Below, piece by piece: positions 23,901-34,400 of a stretch of DNA of 52,208 nt. The notes beneath the pieces are model-generated. The model was not told the DNA's origin. It did not search any database and saw nothing but the letters and a program-made list of their open reading frames with translations. The number at the start of each line of letters is the position of its first letter. Position 1 is the first letter of the stretch. The position numbers and the translations under genes were made by a program. The DNA lies in the IMG/VR virus record IMGVR_UViG_3300030330_006035, positions 1 through 52,208 of that record, one strand, 5' to 3'. This stretch comes from a virus.

Positions 23901-24709
23901 GCACTGAAGTCAAAGATCTTGGACGATTTGGTCGTTTCGTCAATCGGGATGATGTCGTCAACCCCTGTCTTGACTCGGAAGATAGCACCATCAGCATCTT
24001 CTACCAGCTCTCCACCCTTCTTCTGGTAGATCTTGTGCAGTTCTTTGGCCTTCTCTAGGGCCACCTCTTCTCCATCTACGGTCGTAAACTTCTGGATGTA
24101 GTTGGTTCGAGTGATGTTCTCGACCTTGTCCATGCCTGCCAGTTTGATGTGCATGAGGTCAAGGTCTGTCTCGATCTCCTGCCGTAGTTTGATGTCTTTG
24201 ATCTTGCCTGGGTTGCGGTACTGGTGAATGCTGATCCCCCGGGTCTCCAAGTAAGAGGCCAAGGAAGGATCAACAATCGCTCGAGTTTCATCCGACAGGT
24301 TGCGGATGACTCTCTGCATGTTGGTTACCGCTTCACCTCCTGCGGTGCCCATCAGCATCTCGTTGCCGTTACGTGCAAACAGAGCACTCAAGCTGTTCTT
24401 GACGTGCTGTCCAAACACACGGCCATTCGCCCGCAGCCCTGCTGGGGTGAACATAAATGCTAGGTAGACAAGAGGGTTTGTGGCTACATCGACCAGCGCA
24501 GATCCTACGCCTTTGTCTTCATAGCCCAAGTCCTTCTTCATCCTGTCTGCGTATGAGTCCCGTTGGATGGGGCTCAGGTGGTCAGGACTAAAGAAGGTAT
24601 CTACGACGCTCCCGAAGGTCGCTTCGTCATCCAAGATCTGGGTGAGAGCGACCTCCGGGGCATCATAGAAATGTAGCGGGCCGAATGGGCTCGCTTGAAT
24701 CTGGCTCAT
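20927..24709 (-). CDS. Giant virion-module protein (1260 aa), a candidate internal/ejection or tail-associated protein.
   Basis: Uninterrupted 3.8-kb ORF in the late arm. It has hydrophobic segments such as NPLVYLAFMFTPAG. I could not read a catalytic motif. Confidence 0.7.
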   Translation of the reverse strand: MSQIQASPFGPLHFYDAPEVALTQILDDEATFGSVVDTFFSPDHLSPIQRDSYADRMKKDLGYEDKGVGSALVDVATNPLVYLAFMFTPAGLRANGRVFGQHVKNSLSALFARNGNEMLMGTAGGEAVTNMQRVIRNLSDETRAIVDPSLASYLETRGISIHQYRNPGKIKDIKLRQEIETDLDLMHIKLAGMDKVENITRTNYIQKFTTVDGEEVALEKAKELHKIYQKKGGELVEDADGAIFRVKTGVDDIIPIDETTKSSKIFDFSAAGGLDNVLKQRGLYDLAEAHRDSFRLRMSRNYLKEGVSLDQVRAVEGMADGAKRLEAAKELIDPNKVIRLKNALQSPHIDESVQLPGFFDRLMSREMRANLMSGKPLNIGDDEFVDLMTRGMANDLFAGGSYFPRNQMDFYTFKRGPNEPFKFVEATGLDRPTFDVKGGRDIRNEMSQMFASGRSARRNINEVAYLPEDLDRARRAAEAVGGQTAGGYKYHQDLSQRVIRYADANKAEGRIVPMRRIDFNRSYETYHLQTARDHALYIDEITDLERLAQRESLLTPEGAERFGESVTQVRARAYKKGAEAPRLMQVFEDSVAPPGGWTRADLLEQVGNQLRTVASDTAQVAPELSKLRGEKAYELFRETIIPAALGMRTDQASLVTFATRQAQAVGEKFANSILAQKLSDASPTMKEAMKQIKYFASRDAAELIDPVRNNAASYLYASHLGMNFGSILLNLQQPFLHLQTIVGMEATVKGMANAADDLTRYARRRMDFGVRITPEQRREILEEVLEFPEEAGIMGDVISDIDRLMDAQRIARGANFDVNKVVDFSLKGFEKTEWMNRLTTVHAMKHNYLARGLANKGPDGKTVFGNSVTEEAFKYDATKAVQQFQFGADILGTPMMFMRGPLSDPLLRQFQSFGLRTLTSSFIGGGMVQGGQRFIRGTDLEVPFRLADPLRMIGVSALIYEGAKGLIGADLSRGGAIESYKAFANPEKLARGEFPFVVPPVIGISASAFEGVMRGDVQLIGDAMARSVPGGIALQRALQVAPDAKSNFLTSIASPAQKFYGDYENMTPDGLIPIKKSDGTLVDYQSPSSLILRGLGANLSLPQYSRDIDGYMVRQRDQINQQRRRWIDAVVRKGDVAEGERINAEFQRKYGFRLPVTTQQIKAAVKGMETPRSLRMMDRMPPEIRSYFQQEAASRPERVQTPQEVLLNMPTTSQRQAVTPTQVPVSLSPEVLQEIKRSIQETERQRELLQPEVFERFQGF

Positions 24710-25116
24710 CGCCGCTTAGTACGAAGCCTAAGTTGCAATACACCCGAAGCACTACTAGCGGCACTGGCGCTAAGTGCGATGTATGAGTTGGCAGGAATCA
24801 CGTTTTGGGTAGTGATCATCGTGAATTCCTTCTTCTCAGGAACATCTGTAGTTGCAAAGGCAAGAGCGTCTGTAAAAGCAGTACCGCTGTCCGCTGCAGT
24901 GATGCTGCCATCAGCAGCAACAGCACAGTGCTTCAGCGTAAACGTCGCATCAACATCTCCGATGTCAGCACCGATACATGCAAAGTCGACAACAGTTTCT
25001 CGCTCGCAAAAGTAGATAAAGGCATCTTCCAGCTCGGTTGAAATGTTCAACGATGCAATAACATCTTGCTGGAAATCGACTTGAACGTCGATTGGTAGTG
25101 GGTTTTCACCTGGCAT
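24706..25116 (-). CDS. Hypothetical virion-module protein (136 aa), a distant paralogue of the ORF at 25127-25567.
   Basis: RBS AAGGAG upstream. Shares local patterns with its neighbour (see findings). Confidence 0.65.
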   Translation of the reverse strand: MPGENPLPIDVQVDFQQDVIASLNISTELEDAFIYFCERETVVDFACIGADIGDVDATFTLKHCAVAADGSITAADSGTAFTDALAFATTDVPEKKEFTMITTQNVIPANSYIALSASAASSASGVLQLRLRTKRR

Positions 25117-25126
25117 TAGTTACTCC

Positions 25127-25567
25127 TTACGCCTGAGCAGTGTTGAATGGCATGCACAACACAGTAACGTGTGGAGCAGTCAAAGCGGTAGAAGCGGAGC
25201 TCAGGTCAAGAACCAAACGGTCACCGGCTTCGACGGTGTTGGCATCAGGAACTCCACTAGCGGTCACCAAAGTAAGCTCGACAGTGCTGTCAGCAGACAC
25301 GCCGCCGTTCAGGTCAAAACTTGCAGTGGTGATGTCTTGACCTGCTCCAGAGATAGCAGTGCCAGATGGAACCTGCTTTACGTGAGCAGTGCAAGCACTA
25401 TCAGCTGCGGTACCAACGCCGATCCAGGCCTTGAGAACCACCATCTTGACGGGTGCGATACCAATAACAGCATCAGCAAGTTCGGTGCCTTCGGCGAAGT
25501 AAGACATGGTAAAGGCGCCATCCGGGATGCCGTCCTTCAAAAGGTTATCGACTGATTGTCCAGCCAT
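25127..25567 (-). CDS. Hypothetical virion-module protein (146 aa).
   Basis: RBS AAGGAG upstream. A/G/T/V-rich composition that looks beta-rich. Confidence 0.65.
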   Translation of the reverse strand: MAGQSVDNLLKDGIPDGAFTMSYFAEGTELADAVIGIAPVKMVVLKAWIGVGTAADSACTAHVKQVPSGTAISGAGQDITTASFDLNGGVSADSTVELTLVTASGVPDANTVEAGDRLVLDLSSASTALTAPHVTVLCMPFNTAQA

Positions 25568-25577
25568 CGTAAACTCC

Positions 25578-26045
25578 TTAGATCAAATCCATTACAGAGG
25601 GTTGGGCTGGGGCGCCCGGGATAGAATTAGGACTGGTCGCCATACGGAACGCCAGATCCTCCATAAGGTCGACTCTAGGTTGCCCACCTAATACCACCGC
25701 ACCTTGCGGAAGTTGTCGACCCGCCATTACTTGGTTATATGTTTGAGGGCTAGCCGCTGCCAGTCGAGCAAGCGATGCAGCCATATTGCCCTGCAGTTGT
25801 TGGTATTCCTTCTTCCTTTTGCGGGCGCGATTCATCGCCCGTACGCCACGTTCGCTCGAAGCCAGAAGCGCATAGCCCCTCAAGTTGTTGAGTCGAGCTC
25901 GTTCCTTACGGCCCAGAAAGTCTCCTCTAGTAGCACCTCCAAGATTGAACACTGACTCCACAGGGGATCTGAGGGCAGGGATTCCTGCTCCCAGCTCTAT
26001 GCCTAGGACTCCTGCTATTCGGGGTACTTGAGTAAACTGACTCAT
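25578..26045 (-). CDS. Hypothetical virion-module protein (155 aa).
   Basis: ORF coupled to the upstream gene (1-nt overlap). Confidence 0.6.
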   Translation of the reverse strand: MSQFTQVPRIAGVLGIELGAGIPALRSPVESVFNLGGATRGDFLGRKERARLNNLRGYALLASSERGVRAMNRARKRKKEYQQLQGNMAASLARLAAASPQTYNQVMAGRQLPQGAVVLGGQPRVDLMEDLAFRMATSPNSIPGAPAQPSVMDLI

Positions 26046-28126
26046 TAGATCATCCCAAGTGCGCCCTGGCTAGCCATGGGTGCCATTCTACCGGCTAGAG
26101 CCGCTGATTGGGCGGCATAAGCGCCACTAGTTCCAAGAAGACTAGCCAGTTCTGCAGTCCGTGCAGGCATAGGGTCTGCCCCTACCTCTGCCAGAGCAGC
26201 AAGTGCTCGCAAGTTGTTTGCCTCTGATCGAGCCTCTGCCATGGCAAGTGCTCTTTCTTGGCGCGCAATAGAATCATTTGCCATGCCAAGACCCATATTC
26301 TGGATCTCCAGTCGGCGCTGTTCTTTAGCTGCGCTACCTTCCATGGCCAAGAACGCAGGCGTAGCCAGAATACCCAAGATACCAAGAGGACCTCCCAACT
26401 TAGCAAGTGTGGCTGCTCTTGCATTCTTACCAAGGAGGTTCTTGGCCAGCATTTGGGCTCTGTTTAGTTTAGGCCCTTTGTTTCGACCTACTTTGTCTCT
26501 CCCCCTTACGCTCCCATCCTCATCAATGATGGTGGTCGGTCGAGGGAATCGCTTAGCGTCCTCAGGGTCAAAGAAGATAGGGCCTTTGCCTTTCGGGAAC
26601 TTGGTAACCGCTTCGCCTCGCACCCTTCTAGCCGTATCAAGTTTTTCCTCGAATGCGCCACGGACACGCGGGCCAGACTTGGCGGGATCCTCTATTTGCG
26701 TGGCAGGGAGACCGGTTGCCTTAGCTCGGGCCTGGCGCTCACGTGCCATTTGAGTCAAAGACTTATTGCGGTCTTTGAGTGCTCGAGCCTGGGCTGCTTT
26801 GTCAGTCTCTGCTTCTGCCATACGCACGGCGATTGCGTGCCGCTTCTCGACAGGAAGGCCTGTAAAGTCTTTGCCTCCAACCTTTGAGCCAGGTGTGCTG
26901 AGCTGTTCATAGTACTTGTTGACCCTCTTAGCAAAGGCCGCGTCCTTTGAACTAATGTTCTGAACATCCTCAAAACCAGGGAGGTTACGGAACACCGCAT
27001 CATCAGTCTGTACAAACCCCAGGCTGCTGCGTAGGGGAGTGTCAGCAAAACCGGCTGACCGTCCCACAGATGCACGAGGATCAACATCACCAACGCGAAG
27101 ACCTTCTGCTCTTTGTCGTGCAGTCAACGGCCTGCCTACACCAACCCGAGGAGTTTCCGCAGTGGATATGGTCCTATCAGTTTGGAAAGCTCTGTTACCG
27201 CCAGCACCCTCAACAGGAAGCGCACCAACAAAGCCCAGTGCTCGGCCCCCACGCTGCAGTGGGGGAGCTTTAGCAGCCAACTCTGCAGTTTCTTCTGCGA
27301 CTGCTGCCTCCAGCAGCGGAAGACCAGAGCCCCGCATCTGACCTGCAGTCATGATTCGAGCAGGACCCCCTCTTTTCATTCGAATAGGCTGGTCTGCAAC
27401 AGGTCCTACGCCTGCCCTTTCGCCTGCCCGCATAGACATAATGTCATTGACGAGCTCTCGGTTCGACGCACGCATCACCTGGTTACGTCGAAGTTGTTCT
27501 CCTCGAGCTCTTGGGGTGGCTTCTCCTGCTCGAGGCGTACCCTTTAGTCTATTTTGTCCCTTAGTTGTTTCTATGCCTCTATCGGGATCTCGGTCCACCA
27601 AGTTGTTGAGGTGCAAGCCGATTGCTTTGTTCTTTTTGGTCAGCTGCTCGGCGGTGTCCTCTGGCATACCAAAGGCTCTGGCCAGCTTCTTCACGGACCG
27701 GTCAGTCTCGGGTCCAGGTGCGGCCCTTTCAACAATGTCGTTAATCAGCTCTCGAGTGACCGACTGTTCTCCTCCAAGCTGAGACAGCGGAACGCCAAAG
27801 TTACGCAAGCGAGAAGTAACAAGGCGTGCGTAGTCGTCCGCCTCGTCTACTACTTCGAGGCCCCGCATGCGCTGTGCTGCGCCGGTGATACTTCTTTCGG
27901 CAGTGGGTCTCTTAGCAGCTCGCTTGGCTCCGAATCCAGCATCTCGAACCACATCGCGCAGCATGCCCTGGGTAACCAAGTCTGCTGTATTGAATCCAGG
28001 AAGGAGACCCTGTCCCGGGATTGGCCCTCTTACCCTTTGGGCAAGCTGTCGACGCAAAGCAGCAAGAACTTCTTCTCGCTGGTTGGAGGTCAGGTTTTCA
28101 AGATCCAAAGGGAGCTGGGACATCAA
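26045..28126 (-). CDS. A/R/G-rich virion-module protein (693 aa) with a C-terminal hydrophobic segment.
   Basis: Long ORF containing LGGPLGILGILATPAFLAM. All overlapping plus-strand ORFs are S/R/L/C-rich shadows. Confidence 0.65.
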   Translation of the reverse strand: MMSQLPLDLENLTSNQREEVLAALRRQLAQRVRGPIPGQGLLPGFNTADLVTQGMLRDVVRDAGFGAKRAAKRPTAERSITGAAQRMRGLEVVDEADDYARLVTSRLRNFGVPLSQLGGEQSVTRELINDIVERAAPGPETDRSVKKLARAFGMPEDTAEQLTKKNKAIGLHLNNLVDRDPDRGIETTKGQNRLKGTPRAGEATPRARGEQLRRNQVMRASNRELVNDIMSMRAGERAGVGPVADQPIRMKRGGPARIMTAGQMRGSGLPLLEAAVAEETAELAAKAPPLQRGGRALGFVGALPVEGAGGNRAFQTDRTISTAETPRVGVGRPLTARQRAEGLRVGDVDPRASVGRSAGFADTPLRSSLGFVQTDDAVFRNLPGFEDVQNISSKDAAFAKRVNKYYEQLSTPGSKVGGKDFTGLPVEKRHAIAVRMAEAETDKAAQARALKDRNKSLTQMARERQARAKATGLPATQIEDPAKSGPRVRGAFEEKLDTARRVRGEAVTKFPKGKGPIFFDPEDAKRFPRPTTIIDEDGSVRGRDKVGRNKGPKLNRAQMLAKNLLGKNARAATLAKLGGPLGILGILATPAFLAMEGSAAKEQRRLEIQNMGLGMANDSIARQERALAMAEARSEANNLRALAALAEVGADPMPARTAELASLLGTSGAYAAQSAALAGRMAPMASQGALGMI

Positions 28127-28464
28127 GACACCTCGCGCTTACGCATGTTGGTGAGTCGCACCGCAGCGCCTGCAGTGGTAAAGGCACCTAGGCCTACTCG
28201 GCTTATATCGTCGGACTCGTCATAACTAGCGAATAGGAACGCATTCTTTCGCTGGACACATCGTTGGTTTCTCAGTTCCCACAACCACTTGCGGACAGAC
28301 TTGGCGCTGATGTCTGACCCTTCAACTTCCAACAGGTGTTCGTCGGGAGTTATTTGGATCAGGTGCAGCTTCTCCGGGTCAGGCTCAGACAACGGAGTCA
28401 TAGCCCCCTTCTTCTCAGAGAACTGGTCGATCAACGTCTTGACTTTGCTTTTCCAGTCGATCAT
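28123..28464 (-). CDS. Hypothetical protein (113 aa).
   Basis: ORF with 4-nt overlaps on both sides. Confidence 0.6.
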   Translation of the reverse strand: MIDWKSKVKTLIDQFSEKKGAMTPLSEPDPEKLHLIQITPDEHLLEVEGSDISAKSVRKWLWELRNQRCVQRKNAFLFASYDESDDISRVGLGAFTTAGAAVRLTNMRKREVS

Positions 28465-30248
28465 TGCTCCAAGAACCTCAATCCTGCTGAGATCTCATCT
28501 ATCAACATATCGGCTGTTCGCTGCTCTTCTACTTGCCGTCGGGCTGCTTCTTGGTTGGCTTGGAAGTTTTCATCTGCGATGATTGCAAGTTCGTTCTCAA
28601 GCTCTGCGACCAAAGGACTCAACTCAGGGTCCATCAGCTCTGCCAAATCCATTTGTTCTTCTTGAAGACCCTCCAACCGATCCAAAGCGCCAAGTCGGTT
28701 ACTAATCAAATCGCTCAAGGCTTGACCCATTCGAGGATCGAGTTTGGCAAAGATCTCTTCGAACTCTGGGTTGATGTTGCCTTGCTCATCAAAGGCAGTT
28801 TCGAGGGTACCCAAAAGAAGTTCTGACGCTGCATCTGCTCGCTCCTCTGCCGTAAAGAAGCGGGCGGTTGTGTCCGTGGTTTGCTTGCCCATGTCTTCCA
28901 AGAACGCCATCGCAGCTTGCGCTTTGAACTGCAGTTTTTGGTGTGCCTGCCGCACGTCTTCAGACTTTTCAGCTATCAGTCTTTGGGTTTCGGAGTTCGA
29001 GGCATCTTCTTCTGTCGCCAAGATATTCTCAAACTCTTGTCGGCTTTTGAGTGCAGTGGCGGACGTAGAGCTAGAAGCAACCATGATAGATTCTGCCGCT
29101 GCGTGAAGCTGCTCCAATGACACGCCATACTCCGCTTTCAAAGAAGCAAGCTCATCAATCATTTGCTGAGGGTCTCCCCCACTACCCTCTACGCCTCGGA
29201 ACAACTTCTGCAACCCCAAGAACAAACCTTCGGATGCTTTCTCTCCGCCTTTACCCAGTGCAGACAGCGATCGAGATGCGGTGATCAGGTTGGCTGCTTC
29301 GAGTCCTTCGTAGTCTGTCTTGTACTCAGCAAGAGCTTGCTGCACATTCTCTTTGACTTCTGCTTCTGATTGGTCACCTGCTTGCCCAACAAGACCTGTC
29401 ACTCCAGTGAGGGCAACAAGACCTGCCGCAAACAAACCAACAGGATTGGAAAGGAGAAAGAGACCTCCAACGCCCGCAGCGGTAGCCAAAAGACTTCCCC
29501 CAAGACCCATTGTTTCCCCTACAGGCTCCGCCGCGTCCACGACATCCTCGAAGAATCCCGGTGCATCACCGAAGAACCCTTGGCCGTCAACTGCTGGAGT
29601 TGGTCGAGCACTCTCCAAAGCAGCCTTTGCTGCTGCATAGGGGGTCATTCCCATTCCGATACGGTCTTGGTAGGTAGTGTCAAACGTCATACCCAGCCGG
29701 GTGTCTCCTACTCCTGCTCCTCCGATGCCGAAGGTGCCTCCTGCTCCCAGCTGAATAAAGCGGTTCTGGTTTCCCATCAAAGCTCTTGCGACAGCCTCCC
29801 TTGCATTCTTGTGCACTTTGTCGTTGGCCATCTCGTTAGCGTACGAACTAAGAGTTCTTTGGAATGTTTGGTCGAAACCTCGAATGCCTCCCTGTTCCTT
29901 AGCAATCTTGCCTGCGATTCCTCCGCTCTCTCGCTTGAGCCTACGCATCTCTTCTTTATTCTTTTCGATTGCTGCTCGGCGCCGCTCGAAGAACTCTGAT
30001 CCTGGCTTCATGAAGCTAAGGGCTTGTGCGTTTGGCATCCCAGACACAGCCGCACCTGCGGTCGGACCAAACTGAGACACAAAACCCTCTGACAAGATAG
30101 AGCTTGCGTCCATGCGGGCTTCGTTCATTCTTGTGTTGTGCAACTCTCCCTGCTGAGCAAGTGTTTCGCCTCGCCGCTGCTGGAGGCCTTGCATCAACTG
30201 GCTAACCATAGCCGCTTGGATCTGAGGATTTCCTTGGAACTGTGACAT
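28461..30248 (-). CDS. A/G/Q/E-rich virion-module protein (595 aa) with central hydrophobic helices.
   Basis: GGSLLATAAGVGGLFLLSNPVGLFAAGLVALTGVTGLVG is flanked by helical, low-complexity sequence. This resembles ejection- or tape-measure-like proteins in composition only. Confidence 0.65.
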   Translation of the reverse strand: MSQFQGNPQIQAAMVSQLMQGLQQRRGETLAQQGELHNTRMNEARMDASSILSEGFVSQFGPTAGAAVSGMPNAQALSFMKPGSEFFERRRAAIEKNKEEMRRLKRESGGIAGKIAKEQGGIRGFDQTFQRTLSSYANEMANDKVHKNAREAVARALMGNQNRFIQLGAGGTFGIGGAGVGDTRLGMTFDTTYQDRIGMGMTPYAAAKAALESARPTPAVDGQGFFGDAPGFFEDVVDAAEPVGETMGLGGSLLATAAGVGGLFLLSNPVGLFAAGLVALTGVTGLVGQAGDQSEAEVKENVQQALAEYKTDYEGLEAANLITASRSLSALGKGGEKASEGLFLGLQKLFRGVEGSGGDPQQMIDELASLKAEYGVSLEQLHAAAESIMVASSSTSATALKSRQEFENILATEEDASNSETQRLIAEKSEDVRQAHQKLQFKAQAAMAFLEDMGKQTTDTTARFFTAEERADAASELLLGTLETAFDEQGNINPEFEEIFAKLDPRMGQALSDLISNRLGALDRLEGLQEEQMDLAELMDPELSPLVAELENELAIIADENFQANQEAARRQVEEQRTADMLIDEISAGLRFLEQ

Positions 30249-30251
30249 GGA

Positions 30252-31409
30252 TTAGTAGCCTACTGTTGCGGGGAAGTTTACTGGTCCTCCCGATTGCGAT
30301 CCGGGAGGGTACATGTATGTGTTGTACCCAGCTCCGTGGATGGTCTGTGCAACGCTAAACAACTCACCGAGAAGTCCAAGCACCCCAACTTCAGTCGGAG
30401 GCAAAGCTGAGATGATGTTCACCATTGCATTCGAGCCGGTAGCAGCTGCGTTTGCGAGAGCAGTTGATGCCTGCATTCGCAGTGCGTCGTTGGCTTGTTG
30501 CATCCCGGTGTATACCTGCACTGCTTGGTTCATGGCTTGGCTCTGTTCAGCCACCATTCCTGCACCTTGCATGGTCACCTGAGAAAACAAGCCTGTCATG
30601 TTTTGGATCGCGGACGACTCCAACTGTGCTTGGGCTTGGAAGGTGCCTGAGATTGCTGTGTCGTACTGTGCAGCACTTGCAGCGATAGAGGCTGCGGCTG
30701 ATTGTCCTCGAGTAGAGTCTGCTTGGATCTGGGCTCCCACGATCTGTGCAGGAGATGCGCCAGCAGCCGCCATTTGAGAAGCCATCTGAACTGACTGTTC
30801 GCCCGCTGCTCGACCTGCGTTGATCGCTTGAGCCGCCATGCTCTGGTGGCGAGCAGCCTTCAAACCTTCTCGGGCTTCGTCCATGTTGCCGCTGATAGCA
30901 GCAAGTGCATCTTTCTGGCCTTGTTGGATTGCGTCTTGTGCTTGTCCGGTGGAGGACTTGATAAAGTCCATGCCTTCTTGCAAGAACCCAAGACCTTCCT
31001 CTTTGGCAGCGGCTACGTCGGTAAGTCCTTGTCCCGTAGCAAGATCTGAAAGTGCGCCCATGGAAGTATCAAAGGCGCCACCGAACTGATCAAGCAAGCC
31101 TTCTCGGTAGTCGTTGATCTGGTCTGCAACGGACTGTCGGTTGCCCAGCTCCTGCTGGAAAATGTCGGGGAGGTTGATTCCCATCATCTGGCCCATGTTG
31201 CCTTCAAAGTATTGAAGGTCGCCCAGATCGCTGTAAAGCTGCCCGGTCAAATCGCTTCGGATACCCTGCCGTGAGCCTCGTCCTTGGTTTACTGCAAGGT
31301 CCCCTGTAATAGGGAACGCTGCTGTGGAGTTAGTTCGCCCGGCAAATGCAGGACTGAAACCCAAGTTAGGTCCCGAACCAGGCATAAAGAATGGGTTGAA
31401 GGTGCTCAT
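30252..31409 (-). CDS. Q/A/M/G-rich virion-module protein (385 aa).
   Basis: Long ORF with low-complexity helical composition. Confidence 0.65.
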   Translation of the reverse strand: MSTFNPFFMPGSGPNLGFSPAFAGRTNSTAAFPITGDLAVNQGRGSRQGIRSDLTGQLYSDLGDLQYFEGNMGQMMGINLPDIFQQELGNRQSVADQINDYREGLLDQFGGAFDTSMGALSDLATGQGLTDVAAAKEEGLGFLQEGMDFIKSSTGQAQDAIQQGQKDALAAISGNMDEAREGLKAARHQSMAAQAINAGRAAGEQSVQMASQMAAAGASPAQIVGAQIQADSTRGQSAAASIAASAAQYDTAISGTFQAQAQLESSAIQNMTGLFSQVTMQGAGMVAEQSQAMNQAVQVYTGMQQANDALRMQASTALANAAATGSNAMVNIISALPPTEVGVLGLLGELFSVAQTIHGAGYNTYMYPPGSQSGGPVNFPATVGY

Positions 31410-34400
31410 GACTGGGTATATGCCTGACTGGTCTTGGTGTCCATGATCTGTCCGTTACACACCATACTCTGAAGCCGGTAATCCACGTCAGGACAGAAGA
31501 TGCGGATTCCGGGCGTCAGGGTAAAGCCTAGCGGTCCTTGTACACCGCTGAAGGTAGAGTCGGATCCAAAGACTGCTGGGTATAACGAGGAGCCTTCAGT
31601 TAGAGACGCGACGTTTGTGCCGTCTGGTTTGACGGGTACGTTCTTGCTGCTTGCCGCTTCGTCGTTATTGTTGTAAAGGATGCCTTGGAACTTACAAGCA
31701 GTGTCTGATGCGTTGTTTCCTGACACATCCAGTACGTGGATTCGAGTCTCGTCGACCTGTTTGAGATAGTGGTGGTCATCAATCTCAGAGGCCCCTCTTG
31801 CTGTGCGGGTGGGAATGCCTACCTGGTGCGCAGTGCACTCCACAAACACAGGACTGATGCCGATCTTAGCGCTGGCGCTGCAGTCTAGTGAGGTCATCAA
31901 CGTAATAGTTATTGCGCTGGCGCTCTTAGTAACGCTTTTGATCTGCGCTTTGTTGCCGATCTTGGACTGATCTGTGTCCTCCAAGACGTAGACGTACGCC
32001 CCGACACAGCTGTCAGATGCTGCCTGGCTGTTGCCGTTGCCTGTAGTGCACACCAAGCTGGTGCTGCCCTGACCGCTAGACAACGTAAACAATGTGGGGC
32101 CGATGATGTCCATCAGTGTGCGCCGGTTGTAGGACTGCTGCGCAAACACAGCAGTGTCTCCACCAGTCAGTGCCTTGCGGTCACGCACGTGGTTGGCTAC
32201 GTAGATACGCGGGCGCCAGTATCCCGCTACCGCCTCGTCTCGGGTGTTGACGTTGTTGGCCACATCCGGGTGGTTCATCAGCCATAGCGAACGGTGCACC
32301 CTATCTCCCCCGAACGTGGGGGAGTAACCCGTGCCGCTTGCTGTAGTTGAAAAGGTCTCTGCGTTGGGGAAGTTCGCATGCTTGACGTCGGTGAACGGAA
32401 GATCCACCAGCTCAGTCATGCTGGATGTCTCAAACCACGTACATGCTGCGTGCCCCAAAGTGGGGTTGTAGAAGAACAAAGACGAGATGAAAGGGTCGAA
32501 CGCAACCTTTAGATTGTCGTGGTTGTCCTTCCATTTTTCTCGAATCAAGACGTCGATTACAGACATGTTGTCGAGTGACCCATTCGTGCCCACAATCTTG
32601 ACGCCTCTAGGTGCAATCGAAAACAGCTGAGATGCAGCAACTGTGCAGGCGTCGGGGTTGACCACCCCCACCATACCTTCGTGCAGTTCCCGCACCATCA
32701 CATCTTGCTCTCGACGGATGTGGTAGAGGCGGTCCTCGCTCAGTCCCAGCATGTTGGGGCCTGTACGCACTAGCGCCAAGATACGGTTGGAAGGATCGCT
32801 AGGTGTGTACTGGTTCTGAGGGGGGAACAGTTCTGCTGCGTACTTCTCGACTTGAGAGTACTTGGTTTCTCCCCCACCGCGATAAGGATCTGCTGCGGTG
32901 AACTCATCCTCTGTTCCCTGGTTCAGCGTGGTGATCGCAGGAGGTGTGATGTTTGCAGTCACCAAGATGTTATCCAAGAACTTGGCGGTTCCTGCTTGTG
33001 GCATGTTGTCATCGAAGCGCAGTGGTCCGGTGTAAAGCGGACGGTACAGCAACTCGTCTTCGTTCAGTGTGTAGAAGAATATAACCCGCTGGCGGGTAGA
33101 GGCTACTGCGCCTCCGGTGGTGGTCGGCAGCACGTCGATGCCGTAGTTGGTCAAGGTGTTGTCAAGAGTCTTGTAGTCGTCAAGTTTGATCAGTTTGTCC
33201 AAGAACAGAGTGTTCGGGGCAAAGTTGATAGCCTCGTCTTCTGTGCGGGGTGAGCGATAGAAGAAGGCGTAGTCGTACTTGCGCACGTCATAGCAGAGCT
33301 CAACACAGGTGTACTCACGAATACCTTTCGGTACAACCTGAGGGCTACTGATAAGCGCAATCAGATCCTCGTTCTCTTCGTCATACTCACGGCCTGATAC
33401 ACCGCAGCGACCGGTGGTGCCGTACTTGAAAGCCGACTTGTCGATGCGTGCAATCTGGGACATGCCAGATGTACGTCCAGTCTTGGAGTCAAAGAGCTGG
33501 TATGCGAAGGCGTAGTTGCCCCGGTCAAACCTGTGCGACTTGAAGATGTCGTCGGTAGTAAACTCAAAGGTCTGGCTAACCTTCTGGAAGTCCACGCCGT
33601 TGATTGTGGCTTTAGCAACGATCCCCCACTGAAAGTTACGTCCCGAAGGCAGTATGCCTTGGTCGTACAAAGAGGTAATCTCAAACTTATTGCTGGGAAT
33701 ATCGCTGGCTACCTTGATCAGTCGACCTATAGCCTCCGGGTCGTTCCAGTACACGTCAAAGGTTACGTTACCCGAGAATGTGCCTGCCTCGGCAATCTCC
33801 CAGACCAAGTCAGAGTTGACTGAGGCTTGGAGTGCACGGTCAACAGGAGATCGGGAAACAATCAAAGACTTTAGGAAGTCAAGAGCTTGTTGGTCAGTGA
33901 CTCCGGATTGACTGGTAGAGGACTGGGCTGACCAGTTACCAGGAGACGTTGTGTTTGCTGCTATCTCAAAGCCTAGGGTGTGCCAGTGGCTCTGCAGCTG
34001 CAGGTCGTCAGGAGAGGTACCGTCGACTTCATTGGCAGCAATAGAAGGGAAAGTGAACTGGGTGTCAAAGCTCAGGTCACTAATCAGGTCGCCGCCGGTA
34101 GCGGTACTAGAGTTGAGAGTCTGGGCAATGCATAGTGCTTCATCTGCAAAAGACTTGGAGTTGAGGGTGTTGTTCGCTCGACGAAGAGTTGCTACTCGAT
34201 TGGAGGTAGGGCTACCGCTAGAGTGGATAGCAGGGAAGGTAAGTGCGTCTGACTCCCCTGTTCCGTCTGGAGGATCTGAGGTGTCGTAGTCTTGGTCGAC
34301 CACATTCGCAGCAAAAAAGTTCTTGAAGTAGTCCCCTTCGTTAGTACCAAACAAGCTGGTGCCAGCCGATTGATCGTTGCGTCGACGGACACGCCCAAAG

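Noticed and set aside
26214-30075. Numerous 60-220-aa plus-strand ORFs across 26-30 kb (e.g. 27554-28225, 29370-29999).
   Set aside because: All lie antisense or out of frame within the long minus-strand virion ORFs. They show low-complexity S/R/L/C composition.
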